64,000 nt of DNA from Dendrobates tinctorius (taxonomy: Eukaryota), in the NCBI RefSeq assembly GCF_039654945.1, contig NW_027361714.1, positions 44,826,001 to 44,890,000 on the forward strand, written 5' to 3'. A program made the translations under genes and the position numbers. Shown piece after piece: positions 41,066-53,099 of this stretch; position 1 is the stretch's first letter; every line of letters begins with the position of its first letter. Below the pieces are notes generated by a model. It searched no databases, was not told where the DNA came from, and worked only from the letters and a program-made list of their open reading frames with translations.

Positions 41066-42800
41066 AATATACTTGACTGTATGAAATCTTTTACCTTATA
41101 CACTGATAATGTAAAACTCATGAGTTTTGTTTAGTACAGGAAGAAGAGGAATATGTGTTGACCCAGTGATCATGTATTTTCTGGGTGTAAGGAAGGAGCA
41201 AGAGCTGCTGGGTCCTATAAAATCCAGTCAGTTCCGCTATGCAGGCAGGAGGCTGAATTTCTCCTCTAACAAAGGCTAACAGACCCAGTTACAAGGGAAA
41301 TCGGGTATGTAAAAAGAAAAAGTATTTAAATATTGAGATGGCCCCCCAAAGTTTTATTATGATCTTATGGGGGGGGGGGGGGGGGGTCACAGCATGTGAA
41401 GTAAATGAAAACTAAATACATAAAAATAAAAAAAAAAACTCTTGCCAATCCAAATTGCTGCCACTAGCCTCACCCCATCAAAATCAAGCAAACAAAAACA
41501 ATGTTTGATGTATAAAAATAATTATTATGGAAAGAGAAACAAATTGGAAAATGTATTTTACTGGTCAGACACACATTTCCTTCATTTTTCCATTGATAGC
41601 TAATGATACTGGCAAAAATGAATATAACAAAAATGATGCCTCAAGTATCATAAAAAAAAAAAGGTACAAAAACTATTTGAATGTTCGAACGTGAACACAG
41701 TTTACAGCTCTTTAAACTGCATGTAGAAATATACAAGAAATTGCGCCTCATCAGGAACAGGCGTAAATGGCCTGATCTTCAACTGATTAACCACTTTCTG
41801 ACATCAGGCGTAATAGTACGCCGAAGTCCGATTCCCTCCCTTTGATGTGTGCTCCAGCGGTAAGCTCACATCTTTCCCGGGACACGTCAGCATTTTGAAC
41901 AGCTGACATGTGCCCAGAATAGCCGCGGGTGGAATCGTGATCCACCCACTGCTATTAACCTGTTTAACTCACACTTCCGGCCACTGGGCCGGAAAGCCGC
42001 CCACCGGTGACCCCGTCACGTAATCACGGGTCATCGGTTCATTGGCATGACAACCAGAGGACTCCTGGAGACCTCTATTGCTGTCACTACCGGCTTGCTG
42101 TGATCGCCACCCAGTGGTCGGCGCTCATAGCAAGTGAGTATTTCTACTACATAGAGGCAATCGGATCATTGCCTGTATGTGGCAGAGCTGATCGGGTTGT
42201 GGCAGCTTCTAGTCTCACATGGAGACTATTGAAGCATGCCAAAAGTTAAAAAAAAAAGTTTTAAAAAATATAAAAAAATAAAAAGTTCTAAAAAAATATA
42301 AAAGTTCAAATCACCCCCCTTTCGCCCCATTCAAAATAAAACTATATAAAAAAAATCAAACATACACATATCTGCTATCGAATATATATATATATATCCT
42401 GATCGCTAAACACCGTAGCTAGAAATAAAGTCAAAACGACAGAATCACGGTTTTTTTTTGGTCGCCACGACATTGCACTAAAATGCAATAATGGGCGATC
42501 AAAAGATCGGATCTGCACCAAAATGGTATCATAAAATCAAAAATAAGCCCTCAGCAAACCTGAGATCACGAAATATGGTATAGGAAAATGGCATTTTTTT
42601 TTTAAGAAAGTTTGGAATTTTTTTTCACCACTTAGATAAAAAAGAACCTATACAAGTTTGGTGTCTATGAACTTGTAATGTGAAAAATGAGGATGAATGA
42701 ACTCATGGAGATCAACATCCAACACTGCGGAGACACCATCACATGTTTCACAATGCATTGATTCTAGAGCAATGCCCCCATCTCTTATGGGAAATATGCA

Positions 42801-42841
42801 CACACTGATGAGGGGCAATACCCCGAAACAGCTGTCTGTGG
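42801..42841 (+). ncRNA. Minimal type I hammerhead ribozyme (predicted cleavage after 42836)
   Basis: caca-CTGATGA-gggg caata cccc-GAAA-cagct-GTC^-tgtg. Confidence 0.88.
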
Positions 42842-43139
42842 ATGGATACCATGTTTTGGCATAGGTGGTTTCCTTCATTGGAGACTGCCCTTCCTGTGGT
42901 TGTTCCTTCCCAGGGAAAGACCTGGCTAGTCATTGCTTGCATTGAGAAACATGTGACGGTGTCTCCGCAGCTTGTGTTTTGCATATTTCCCATAAGGGAT
43001 GGGGGCATTTCTCTAGAATCACTGCGTTGAGAAACATGTGATGGTGTCTCCGCAGTGTTGAATGTTGATCTCCATGAGTTCATTCATCCTCATTTTTCAG
43101 TCTTTTACTAGGCATTGCTCCTACTAGCCAGTTTCCTAC

Positions 43140-43183
43140 TCCACACTGATGAGGGGCAATACCCCGAAACAGCTGTCTGTGGA
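43140..43183 (+). ncRNA. Minimal type I hammerhead ribozyme (predicted cleavage after 43177)
   Basis: tccaca-CTGATGA-gggg caata cccc-GAAA-cagct-GTC^-tgtgga; 6-bp stem I, 4-bp stem II, palindromic short stem III. Confidence 0.92.
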
Positions 43184-44361
43184 TGGATACCATGTTTTGG
43201 CATAGGTGGTTTCCTTCATTGGAGACTGCCCTTCCCGTGGTTGTTCCTTCCCGGGGAAAGACCTGGCTAGCCATTGCTTGCGTTGAGAAACATGTGATGG
43301 TGTCTCCGCGGCTTGTGTTTTGCATATGAACTTGTAATGACCTGGAGAATCAAAATGGCAGGTCAGTTTTAGCATTTAGTGAACCTACTAAAAGAGCCAA
43401 ACAAAAAAAAAGTGTGGGATTGCATTTTTTTTGCAATTTCACTGCCCATGGAATTTTTTCCCCCGTTTTCTAGTACACAACATGGTAAGACCAATAGTGT
43501 TGTTCAAAAGTACAACTCGTAATGCAAAAAACAAGCCTTCACAAGGCCATACTGACGGAAAAATAAGTTATGACTCTGGGAAGAAGGGGAGCCCAAAATA
43601 AAAATGCAAAATCGAAAATACCTCCCGTCATGAAGGGGTTAAAAGGCTACGTACATCTTTGCATCGATTTTTTTTTGCTAATTTGCTTACTAAATGCTAA
43701 GTTCAGAAACTTTCTAAGAAGTCATCATTAAAATCTTACTGCTGCTACTGTAGTCCTTAATGTAACTAGGTGCACCGCAAAAATGTTACAAATCCATCAG
43801 AGTGCCTGTTCTGACAGCTCCAGATACTACAAGCAAAAATTGTCCAAACGAACAACATTTGACAGTCTCAAAGAATCGAAATTCCTAGTGGTACCTGCAA
43901 CTTCAGCCTTCTTAGAAGCTGAGAGCCAGCTGTATATAATTACCGTAGATTATAATATTATAATTTTTGTTTAGCTCTCACTACTACTAGGTGGCTAGTA
44001 ATAGCAAGTTAACAAACTGAAACCCTCTTCCCCAATATCTCAGTGCACCTTGAAATGTGAGGAATACTTCATATCTGTAAATGAAATGACTGATATCTGT
44101 TACAAAAGTAGTTTATTACAAGCAATTACAAAGCAATTATATAATAAATCTGCAGAGTGACAAAAATAAAATAAAAATAAATAAAAAGAAGACTGTTTCA
44201 GCAGGTAGTGATTAGATTACTTTTTTATTCAACAGTTAATATATATCTATTTACATTAGATGCAGTATATATATGAATAGATATATATACACACACTACA
44301 GAAAATTATTGGTCTGACATTATGAAACTTGACCAAAATCCCTTTAATTGATGCATCTTAC

Positions 44362-44441
44362 AGTGTCACAGGTGAGCCCGCATCTGTGTCATGTTGTGAC
44401 ATAAATTTCAGATCCTTTGACTTGCTGGTGATTGCTGACAT
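44362..44441 (-). CDS. Internal coding exon of the host gene (MSAITSKSKDLKFMSQHDTDAGSPVT)
   Basis: TGTTTTTGCAG acceptor, GTAAGA donor; only one frame is open; phase 0 in, phase 2 out, matching its neighbours. Confidence 0.7.
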
Positions 44442-44799
44442 CTGCAAAAACAACATATAGACAATAGAGTAGTATGTAAGGCAAAGAGGCCAAGTCTGTA
44501 CATCTTACAAACCCACCAGCTTCCTGGGGAAAGAGAGAATACACCCCATCTTTAATATGAAATCTCATATGAGGAACTGTGGTAGGAAATCGGTTTTGGC
44601 CCCACTTTCTCCTAGTTAAACATTTTTCAAGTGAGAAACAAACATTAGAAAATACTCAGGGTAAAATCTTGGCTGCACCTGTCTGTTCACCGGTTGTAGA
44701 GGTTTAGAAGACTAACCGCATGGAGCGACTGTATAAACTAAACGTGAAATAATCACTACTAGAGATGCTACTGGTGTGGATATGTATTTTACAGTCTAC

Positions 44800-44951
44800 C
44801 CGATGAAGCATCACAATAATGAGATAAGACACAAGAAAATAGCCCCGATTCTTGATGAAGCGCGCACTGGAGTAAAAAGTGACAAATTTATAAAGAGGTG
44901 TGCATCTCTTAATAATTCTGACATCGTTTTCAGCTGCCACTGCAAGTACAT
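44800..44951 (-). CDS. Internal coding exon of the host gene (VLAVAAENDVRIIKRCTPLYKFVTFYSSARFIKNRGYFLVSYLIIVMLHR)
   Basis: CTGCAG acceptor, GG|GTAGAC donor, phase 0 out, matching the next exon. Confidence 0.65.
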
Positions 44952-45125
44952 CTGCAGACTAAAGTACATTTCACAGCAAAGGGCACAAGGCCAAGTTGGC
45001 CGTGGCTATCAGAAAAACCTCAAAAGCCACTACATTTTTGTGCACTTATAAGGAGCCTAATCAAAGTAATCACAGTCATGGCTGAAAGTGTTGGTACCTT
45101 TGAAATTATTCCATAAAATAAAGTA

Positions 45126-46714
45126 CTGTATATACTCGTGTATAAGCTGACCCGTGTATAAGCTGACCCCCCTAATTTTGCCACAAAAAACTGGGAAACA
45201 TTAATTGACTCACGTATAAGCCTAGGGTGGAAAATGCAGCAGCTACTGGTAAGTTTCAAAAATAAAAATAGATGCCAATAAAAGTAAAATTAACTGAGAC
45301 ATCAGTAGGTTAAATGTTTTTGAATATCCATATTGAATCAGGTGCCCTATATAATGCTCCATACAGTTCATGATGGCCCCATAAGATGCTCCATACAAAA
45401 TACACCCCATATAATGCTGCACAAAGGTTAATAATGGCCCCGTAAGATGCTCCATAGAATATGCTGCCCCATAAGATGCTCCATAGATTATGCCCCCATA
45501 AGATGCTCCATAGAATATGCCACCATAAGATGCTCCATAGAATAGACCCCCATAAGATGCCCCATAGAATATGCCCCCATAAAATGCTCCACAGAATAGG
45601 CCCCCCCATAAGTTGCTCCATAGAATTTGCCCCATAAGATGCTCCATAGAATAGGCCCCCATAAGATGTTCCACAGAATAGGCCCCCATAAGATGCTCCA
45701 CAGAATAGGCCCTCAGGATGCTCCACAGAATAGGCCCCCATAGGATGCTCCACAAAATAGGTCCCCATAAGATGCTCCATAGAATATGCCCCCATAAGAT
45801 GCTCCACAGAATAGGCCCTCATAAGTTCATAGAATCATAGAATGGTAGAGTTGGAAGGGACCTCCTGGGCCATCTGGTCCAACCCCCTGCTCAAAGCAGG
45901 ATTCGCTAAATCATCCCAGTTAGATGTCTGTCCAGCCTCTGTTTGAAGACTTCCATTGAAGGAGAACTCACCACTTCTCGTGGCAGCCTGTTCCACTCAT
46001 TGATCACTCTAACTGTCAAAAAGTTTTTTCTAATATCTAATCTGTGTCTCCTCCCATTCAGCTTCATCCCATTGCTTCTAGTCTTTCCTTGTGCAAATGA
46101 GAATAAAGTTGCTCCATTGAATCCTCATATGCTGCTGCAAATAAAAAAAATGACATACTCACCTCTCCGTCGCTGTTGGCTCAGGACGCGGCACCCGAGA
46201 TATTCACCTGTCCACGCTCCCATGCTGCTTGCCGCTGTCTGCCACGTCATCTCTCAGTGACATTCAAGCAGCAGAGGGTGCGGCGTGCACTAACGATGTC
46301 ACCGCGCCCTCTGACCTGAACATCACAGAGGACGCGACAGACAGCGGTGAGCAGAGTGGGAATGGGGAACAGGTGAATATCGCTATACTTATCCCCCTGG
46401 CACGGTCTCTGCAGCTCCGTGCTCCCACGGTCTCCGGCACCTGCTTTCAGCGGTCACGTGGTACCGCTCATTAAAGACATGAATATACGCATTTTCATGT
46501 CTTTAATGAGCGGTACCATGTGACCGCTGAAGGCAGGCGCCGGAGACCGTGGGACAAGCAGGGGGGCTGCAGAGACAACGCCAGGTGGTATGATCTCTGA
46601 CACCCCCGCTCCCCCACCGACCCCCGGTATATGACTAGCGTATAAGCCGTGAAGGGGACTTTCAGCCCCAAAAAAATGGGCTGAAAAACTCGGCTTATAC
46701 GCGAGTATATAAGG
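45126..46714. mobile_element. pogo/Tigger-like MITE with a ~26-30 bp minisatellite (45345-45825)
   Basis: TA|CTGTATATACTCGTGTATAAG...CTTATACGCGAGTATATAAGG|TA. Confidence 0.8.
45827..46111 (-). mobile_element. CR1 3'-end fragment (copy 3) inserted in the minisatellite
   Basis: Near-identical to 23967-24255. Confidence 0.9.
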
Positions 46715-47730
46715 TATTTCTCCAAGAAAATTATTGCAATTACACATCTTGTTATACACATGTTTATTTCCTTTGTGTGTATTGGAACAACACAAAAAGA
46801 GAGGAAAAAAGGCAAGTTGGACATAATTTCACACAAAACGCCAAAAATGGTCCGGGAAAAATGGTCAGCACCCTCAACTTAATATTTGGGTGCATACCAT
46901 ATAATAAAATTCCTGCACCTTAACATCCAATTGAGGCATGAATAGGGAGTATGGGGGAGAAGCCCAGTACCTGGGTAGAGTTATATTTACAACCACTGGT
47001 CAAATAGTTGCCTGGTTATATTCGGGACAGGAAGCATGTTATCTCATCTCTAGATTATGCAAAATAGCAAGACAAATGCATATGACTTTCCTGTGATGTA
47101 GTGGGACTTTATCCCTGTATACCTTACTGGTTAGCTAGAACTGCTTCAGCATATCTATAGATGTACAATAATTATTCCGCTAATATTCAGAACTTTTTAT
47201 TAACGGCAGTTAATTTTTTGTTACAACATAATTATTTTTCATTCAGTGGGACTTTCTAGCTACAGAAACAAGGAGCTTCTATGAGTGCGGGTTTATCCCC
47301 CTCAATCACAAACATCTATATGTCTTAATGGGAGAAACTGTAAATTTTTCCAGAATTCAATCTTTTTTTTTCCCCATATCAGGAGGTATGGTTGTTATAT
47401 TGACCACCTCCTCCTGATAGGGGCAGGTAAGAGAATCAGCTATGAAATTTGTGGAGTGTCTCAATTGGATTGTAGCATCAACTTTCCAGATATTATGCTT
47501 TTACACTCCCCTAATGGAATTTCAGTTGTTTCATATAAAAAACCTTTAGCCACTAGTGCTACTTTGTTGCCAACATCATGTCATCCCAAACAAATGATTA
47601 AAAATATTCAGTTGGGAGAACTGATTCGTACCAAGAGGAATACTTCCTCAGACACCAAATTTCAATCAGAAGCAGCCTCAGTACATGAGCGATTACAAAA
47701 TCGAAAATCTCCAGTTTGGATGATTAAGAG

Positions 47731-48666
47731 TATGCAAATAAAGTCCATGGAGCCTCATTTCAGAGTCTCAAACACAGGACTAGCCAGATCTTCCTCCAGG
47801 GAAGTACCCAGCCAAGGAGTGGCTCCTTTCGGAAACCACCATTACCACCATATTAAGTGGCCCTTTAAGTCAATATCCAGCTCTTTACGAGGTTACAGAT
47901 ATGACAAGGGAAATACCAAGGCCAGGTATCCATCCACAGACAGCTGTTTCGGGGTTGGATACCTGGCCTTGGTATTTCCCTTGTCATATCTGTAAACTCG
48001 TAAAGAGCTGGATATTGACTTAAAGGGCCACTTAATATGGTGGTAATGGTGGTTTCTGAAAGGAGCCACTCCTTGGCTGGGTCCTTCCCTGGAGGAAGAT
48101 CTGGCTAGTCCTGTGTTTGAGACTCTGAAATGAGGCTCCATGGACTTTATTTGCATATTCGTATTTCCTTGGGAGCAATGCACCTAGGATTTCACTGAAT
48201 GAGCGCCTTTGCCGGCTGCCGCAGTGTTTTCTTTGACTGGTCTCCCTGAGGTCAGTGATTGTTTCGTGATGTTGGTCTACTAGGCATTGTTCCCACCTAG
48301 CCAGAATCCTACTCCACACTGATGAGGGGCAACACGACGAAACAGCTGTCTGTGGATGGATACCTGGCCTTGGTATTTCCTTTGTCATATCTGTAAACTT
48401 GTAAAGAGCTTGATATTGACTTAAAGGGCCACTTAATATGGTGGTAATGGTGGTTTCCGAAAAGAGACACTCCTTGGCTGAGTCCTTCCCTGGAGGAAGA
48501 TCTGGCTAGTCCTGTGTTTCAGACTCTGAAATGAGGCTCCATGGACTTTATTTGCATATTCGTACTTCCCAGGGAGCAATGCACCTAGGATTTCACTGAA
48601 TGAGCGCCTTTGCCGGCTGCCGCAGTGTTTTCTTTGACTGGTCTCCCTGAGGTCAGTGATGGTTTC
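47731..48666 (+). mobile_element. Non-coding hammerhead retroelement B (401-bp monomer) inserted in the Penelope remnant
   Basis: 14-bp TSD TGGATGATTAA(G/T)AG (47717-47730, 48667-48680); 225-bp inverted piece, then ~1.8 tandem monomers. Confidence 0.85.
48313..48356 (+). ncRNA. Type I hammerhead ribozyme with mutated stem II
   Basis: tccaca-CTGATGA-ggggcaacacgac-GAAA-cagct-GTC^-tgtgga; the inverted half-copy at 47933-47955 keeps the CCCC strand of stem II. Confidence 0.8.
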
Positions 48667-49881
48667 TGGATGATTAATAGGGCATAGAATACTGAACAAC
48701 ACATATAGACAGGATATTCTCAGAGAAAAGAATGCACATGTAGGAGCTGGCTGCTGTGGTTAACTCCTGTGCCCGCTGCTAAAGAGAAATTAATATTCAC
48801 TGCACTCCACGCCCATGGGAGTGGAAAGCGGTGAATATTCATCTCTCTAATAGCGGACATGCTGTTAGCCGCAGCCGCCGGCCTCCTGCAGCTTCCGGGC
48901 TTTCATGTGTGCCCGCTACTTAAGAGAATGAATATTCACTGCTCTCCACTCCCATAGGTGTGGGACAGCTTCCTGTTCTGATGCCAGCAGCTGATTTAAG
49001 AGTGTAAGCAAAGCATGGCAGTGACATCATATGGTGCCCACAAGCAGAAGATAACTGCCAGAATACTCACTGCTCCCCACGCCGGGACTATAGGCGTGTG
49101 GCGCAGTGAATATTCACTGATCTTTAATAGCTGGCACAGTGTTACCTGCATCCGCCAGGTGATCACATGTGCCCACTATTAAAGAGAATGAATATTCAAT
49201 GCTCTCAGAAGAGGAGAACATCGCAGGAAACTACTCTAGTAATCGTGAGTCTTTGTGGATCTATATATTACAAACTAGAACGCCGCAAGGCATGAATGTA
49301 AGACACGATTTACTATATCATTACGACTGATTTTCTCCCCTCTTCCTCAGATGTACTAGTGTTTTGCCATCTCTGTACAATGTTTTTATTTTATGAGATA
49401 TATGTTTTTATTTTGTCTATACTTTGCTCTATTTTGACACACCAAGGCCATGTGTCTCAAACAGGATATGATATAAAACGCTGCTTGATTAAAGACCTGT
49501 CAGTGTGCAATGCGTTTGCCAATCAGTTATTCCCAAAAAAAATTGTGATATCTTTGATATATTGTTTTTACATGGATCTAATAAAGTGAGTGATTTTGTG
49601 AACTTTCTGGGTGCTGGATTTTGGCTTTCTACTTTATTGCACACTTCTTTTGTAAACTACTCCAGGTCTATCATATTTGAAGGATGCCTTTTCCCAATGG
49701 CAATTTTAAGATCTCTCCACAGGTGTTCAATGGCATTCAGATCTGGACTCATTGCTGGCCACTTTAGAACTCTCGAGCATTTTATTTCCATACAGTTCCG
49801 GGTGCTTCTTGAAGTATGTTTGGAGTCTTTGTCCTGTGGAGGACCCATGAACTAGGAAGCAAACTCAGCTTTCTGAAACTA

Positions 49882-50037
<156 letters not shown>

Positions 50038-53037
50038 TCATTTTGTTTTTGGTAAACAGTAGAATGATGTGCTTTACCAAAAAACTCCATCATGGCCTCA
50101 TCTGTCCAAAAGATGCTTTCCCAGAAGGATCTTGGCTTATTCACATGCATTTTTGCAAATAGCAGTTTAGCATTTTTATGTGTGTGTCAGCATTGGTCAT
50201 CTCCTGGGTCTCCTGCCATAGCGTCTCATTTCATTCAAATATTGACGGATAGTTTGCACTGATGCTGATACACCCTGAGCATGCAGGACAGCTTGAATTT
50301 CTCTTGAGCTGCTAATCCAACATCCGGACTATCCTGCATTGCAACATTTCAGCAATTTTTCTCTGCTGCCCTCATCCAGGGGGAATAGCTACAGTGCCGT
50401 AGGTTGTAAACTTCTTAATTATGTTGCGCACCATGGATAAAGGAAAATCAAGATTTCTGGAGATGGACTTGTAACCTTGAGATTGTGGATATTTTTCAAT
50501 AAATTTGGTTCTCAAGCCCTCAGATAATGCTCTTCTCTTTCTGTTCTCCATGCTTAGTGTGGCACACTCAGACACACAATGCAAAGATTGAATGTCTCCC
50601 CTTTTTATCTGATATTTATATGATTTTCATATTGCGCACACCTGTTACTTGCTACAGGTGAGTTTGAATGAGCATCACATGCTTGAAACAAAGTTGTTTA
50701 CCCACAATTTTGGAAAGGTACCAACAATTTTGTCAGGTCCATTTTGGGGATGTATGAAATTATGTCCAATTTGCTTTTTTCTCATTTTTTTGTTGTTGTT
50801 CCAATACAAAAAAAAAAAATTCTGTGAGAAATACTTCATACAATTTCAAAGGTGTCAACACTTTGGCCATCCCTGTATCCACTGGTAGGTGATAACTGAT
50901 ACATCGGTGTAGTACCCCTAGTCATAAAACCACTGCCAGAAGGTGATAAATGGAGTGGAAGTTTACACATGCACCATGTTGCTTCATTCAAATCTATATC
51001 ACTAAAAATCATTAAAAAATACCCAAAGCTGCACTCCTCTATCTACATCAGTGTCAGACTTGAAAGGAGTAGTAGAGCTCATGGGCGATCTGCTGCTCTA
51101 TTCAACTGCTTCTGACAGTGGTCAGGGGAGCAAGTACTTAAGCCACCAAGTTCTGGCATCAAGAGGAACAGAAAGAGAGCAGCCGCAGCTCTGACTTCCT
51201 CCCTTTAGTTTTATCTGTTTACTACAAATCTTATAAGTGACTTCCATTGGTGACACGGCAGTTGTCTATGTGGTAGTCTTGTTCTATCCAGATGTGAACC
51301 AACAAAACCTTGGATATGCACCGACTGTTTAAGTGATGTATTATCTAAGGGTGTTCAGATCCTGTGGCTAGAGGGGCAGATACGTTGAGTCCTTCATATA
51401 GTCCCACAGAAAAAAGTTGCAAGGTGTCAGGTCTGCGGAAGCTAACACAAAATTGCAAATTGACCTGACAACGAATACTTTCAAACAGTCTGTGGGGGCC
51501 TAAGCTAGAAAAAATAACTTTCCCCAGTTTTCTACAGTCAAATCCCTTTACTTCCTGCAAAGGTTTTTTTTCTGATAAAGACCCCTCTAGACTCCTTGGG
51601 TCATCTAGGAAAAATGATTGGAGAAGAAAAGAGAGCTGTAATGAGCACTGAGTATGGGTGAGCGGATCAAATTGTGGGACTATGGTCCAGGTCAGTAAAA
51701 CCTAACTGCTAGAAGGGAAATCCACAAATCTCTTACCTTCATTGGCATGTAATTTGATTTGTCAGGGCTGGCACAATGTCTTTTGTATGATGTGACATAC
51801 AGATTAATTCAAATAAGTCCTGGCTGATCAAAAGCTGTGCTGGCAATATCGAAAGGTAAGAGATTCGTGGGACTCCTTCATAGCCACCAGGTAGCACTGA
51901 CCTGGATGCTGGACCGGAATTCTGCGAATCAATCTGTTCATCACTAGTCCTGAGTCATGCCAAGAGTTAAGCATCCTTAACATTCATGTGTGGGGTTACT
52001 TTTTATCAAAGAGAGTGGGCTCTCTCGCAATTTTACGTAAGAACACTGCCATGAATAAATAGTATTTAAACATCCTCCAATGGCAACTTCTTCAAACGAT
52101 CCAAAAGCTTTTTGGTGGTTAACAATTATTTTTCCAGCATGATGCAAGGCAAAATCGATAGGCTTTCATTTATCAAAGCGACTATGCCAGATTTCTGGCA
52201 TAAATAATTTTGAAAAAAATCACAATATTTTTGCACAACGCAGAGTGGCACAAAATGAAAGCAACTTCGCGTTTTCACACCAGTTTAGCCCAACTCCATC
52301 ACAATGGGCCAAGTTGGGCGTGTGACACCACAGCTTGTCCACTTCATGACGAGCTGCGCTATTCCTTACATTAGAAATCTTACACCAGTCCCTGCCCAGA
52401 GTAGGATTTGTGTCAAGGCACATGCTGCTTGTCAGACACACCGGATTCATTAAGGGAAATGTGCCCCTTAATGAATGAGGAGCATCTGACCCCAACACGC
52501 CCCTTCATTAAGATTGAAGAGGATTGGTGTGCACACAGTTGTCGACATGAGGTGTAGGCGGAAAGGGGTATGTTGATCCTGGTACATAAAGTCAGGAAAA
52601 TTCACTGCACACTCTTATTTCAAATGCAGATTAATTTATTTCAAACCACGTGTAGGTAGGCAGATATATGTTCAGAGACAATTAATTGGTGCAGGATATT
52701 GAGGAAACATAAGTGGTCACGGCACACAAACCAGAAGGCGCAGGAGACTGCGACTCACTTCTCTTCCTAAGCTTATACTCACTGCCTTTCCCCAACAGAG
52801 GCCACAAAAGTCATACTACCTATAAAAACAAAGCCTCCAAGAGCAACTGGATGATTAAGACGTGGGATTAAGTTGAAACATTACTTATGTCGCCTCAATA
52901 TCCTGCACCCAATAATTGTCTCAAAACATATATTTTCCTACCTACATATGGTATGAAATAAATTAATTTGCATCATGAAATAAGATTGTGCGGTGAGTTC
53001 TACTGCCTTCATTAAGATTGGCGTGAACATCATACTA

Positions 53038-53096
<59 letters not shown>

Positions 53097-53099
<3 letters not shown>

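Larger units (their letters stand above)
42681..43324 (+). mobile_element. Non-coding hammerhead retroelement A (retrozyme/satellite-2-like, 341-bp monomer)
   Basis: 15-bp TSD TATGAACTTGTAATG (42666-42680, 43325-43339); inverted 120-bp piece, then ~1.5 tandem monomers, each starting with a hammerhead. Confidence 0.88.
41791..43638 (+). mobile_element. piggyBac-type non-autonomous element
   Basis: TTAA|CCACTT...AAGGGG|TTAA. Confidence 0.85.
47050..49640 (+). mobile_element. Penelope-like element remnant (RT, GIY-YIG C-terminus, 3' pLTR), interrupted
   Basis: DVVGLYPCIP, QKQGASM, YIDH (YIDD-like), YKKPLATSATLLPTSCHPK..RTKRN; RESLWIYILQTRTPQG at ~49240-49292. Confidence 0.8.

Noticed and set aside
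45243-45822. Two 170-aa ORFs (YGASYGG / WSILWG repeats) resembling keratin-associated proteins
   Set aside because: Open frames of a minisatellite inside a TIR-bounded MITE
47285-47995. 236-aa ORF as a real protein
   Set aside because: Chance fusion of decayed Penelope RT with the inverted non-coding arm of hammerhead element B
49483-49520. Hammerhead in the Penelope 3' region (CTTGATTAAAG...AATGCGTT)
   Set aside because: Core too degenerate to call
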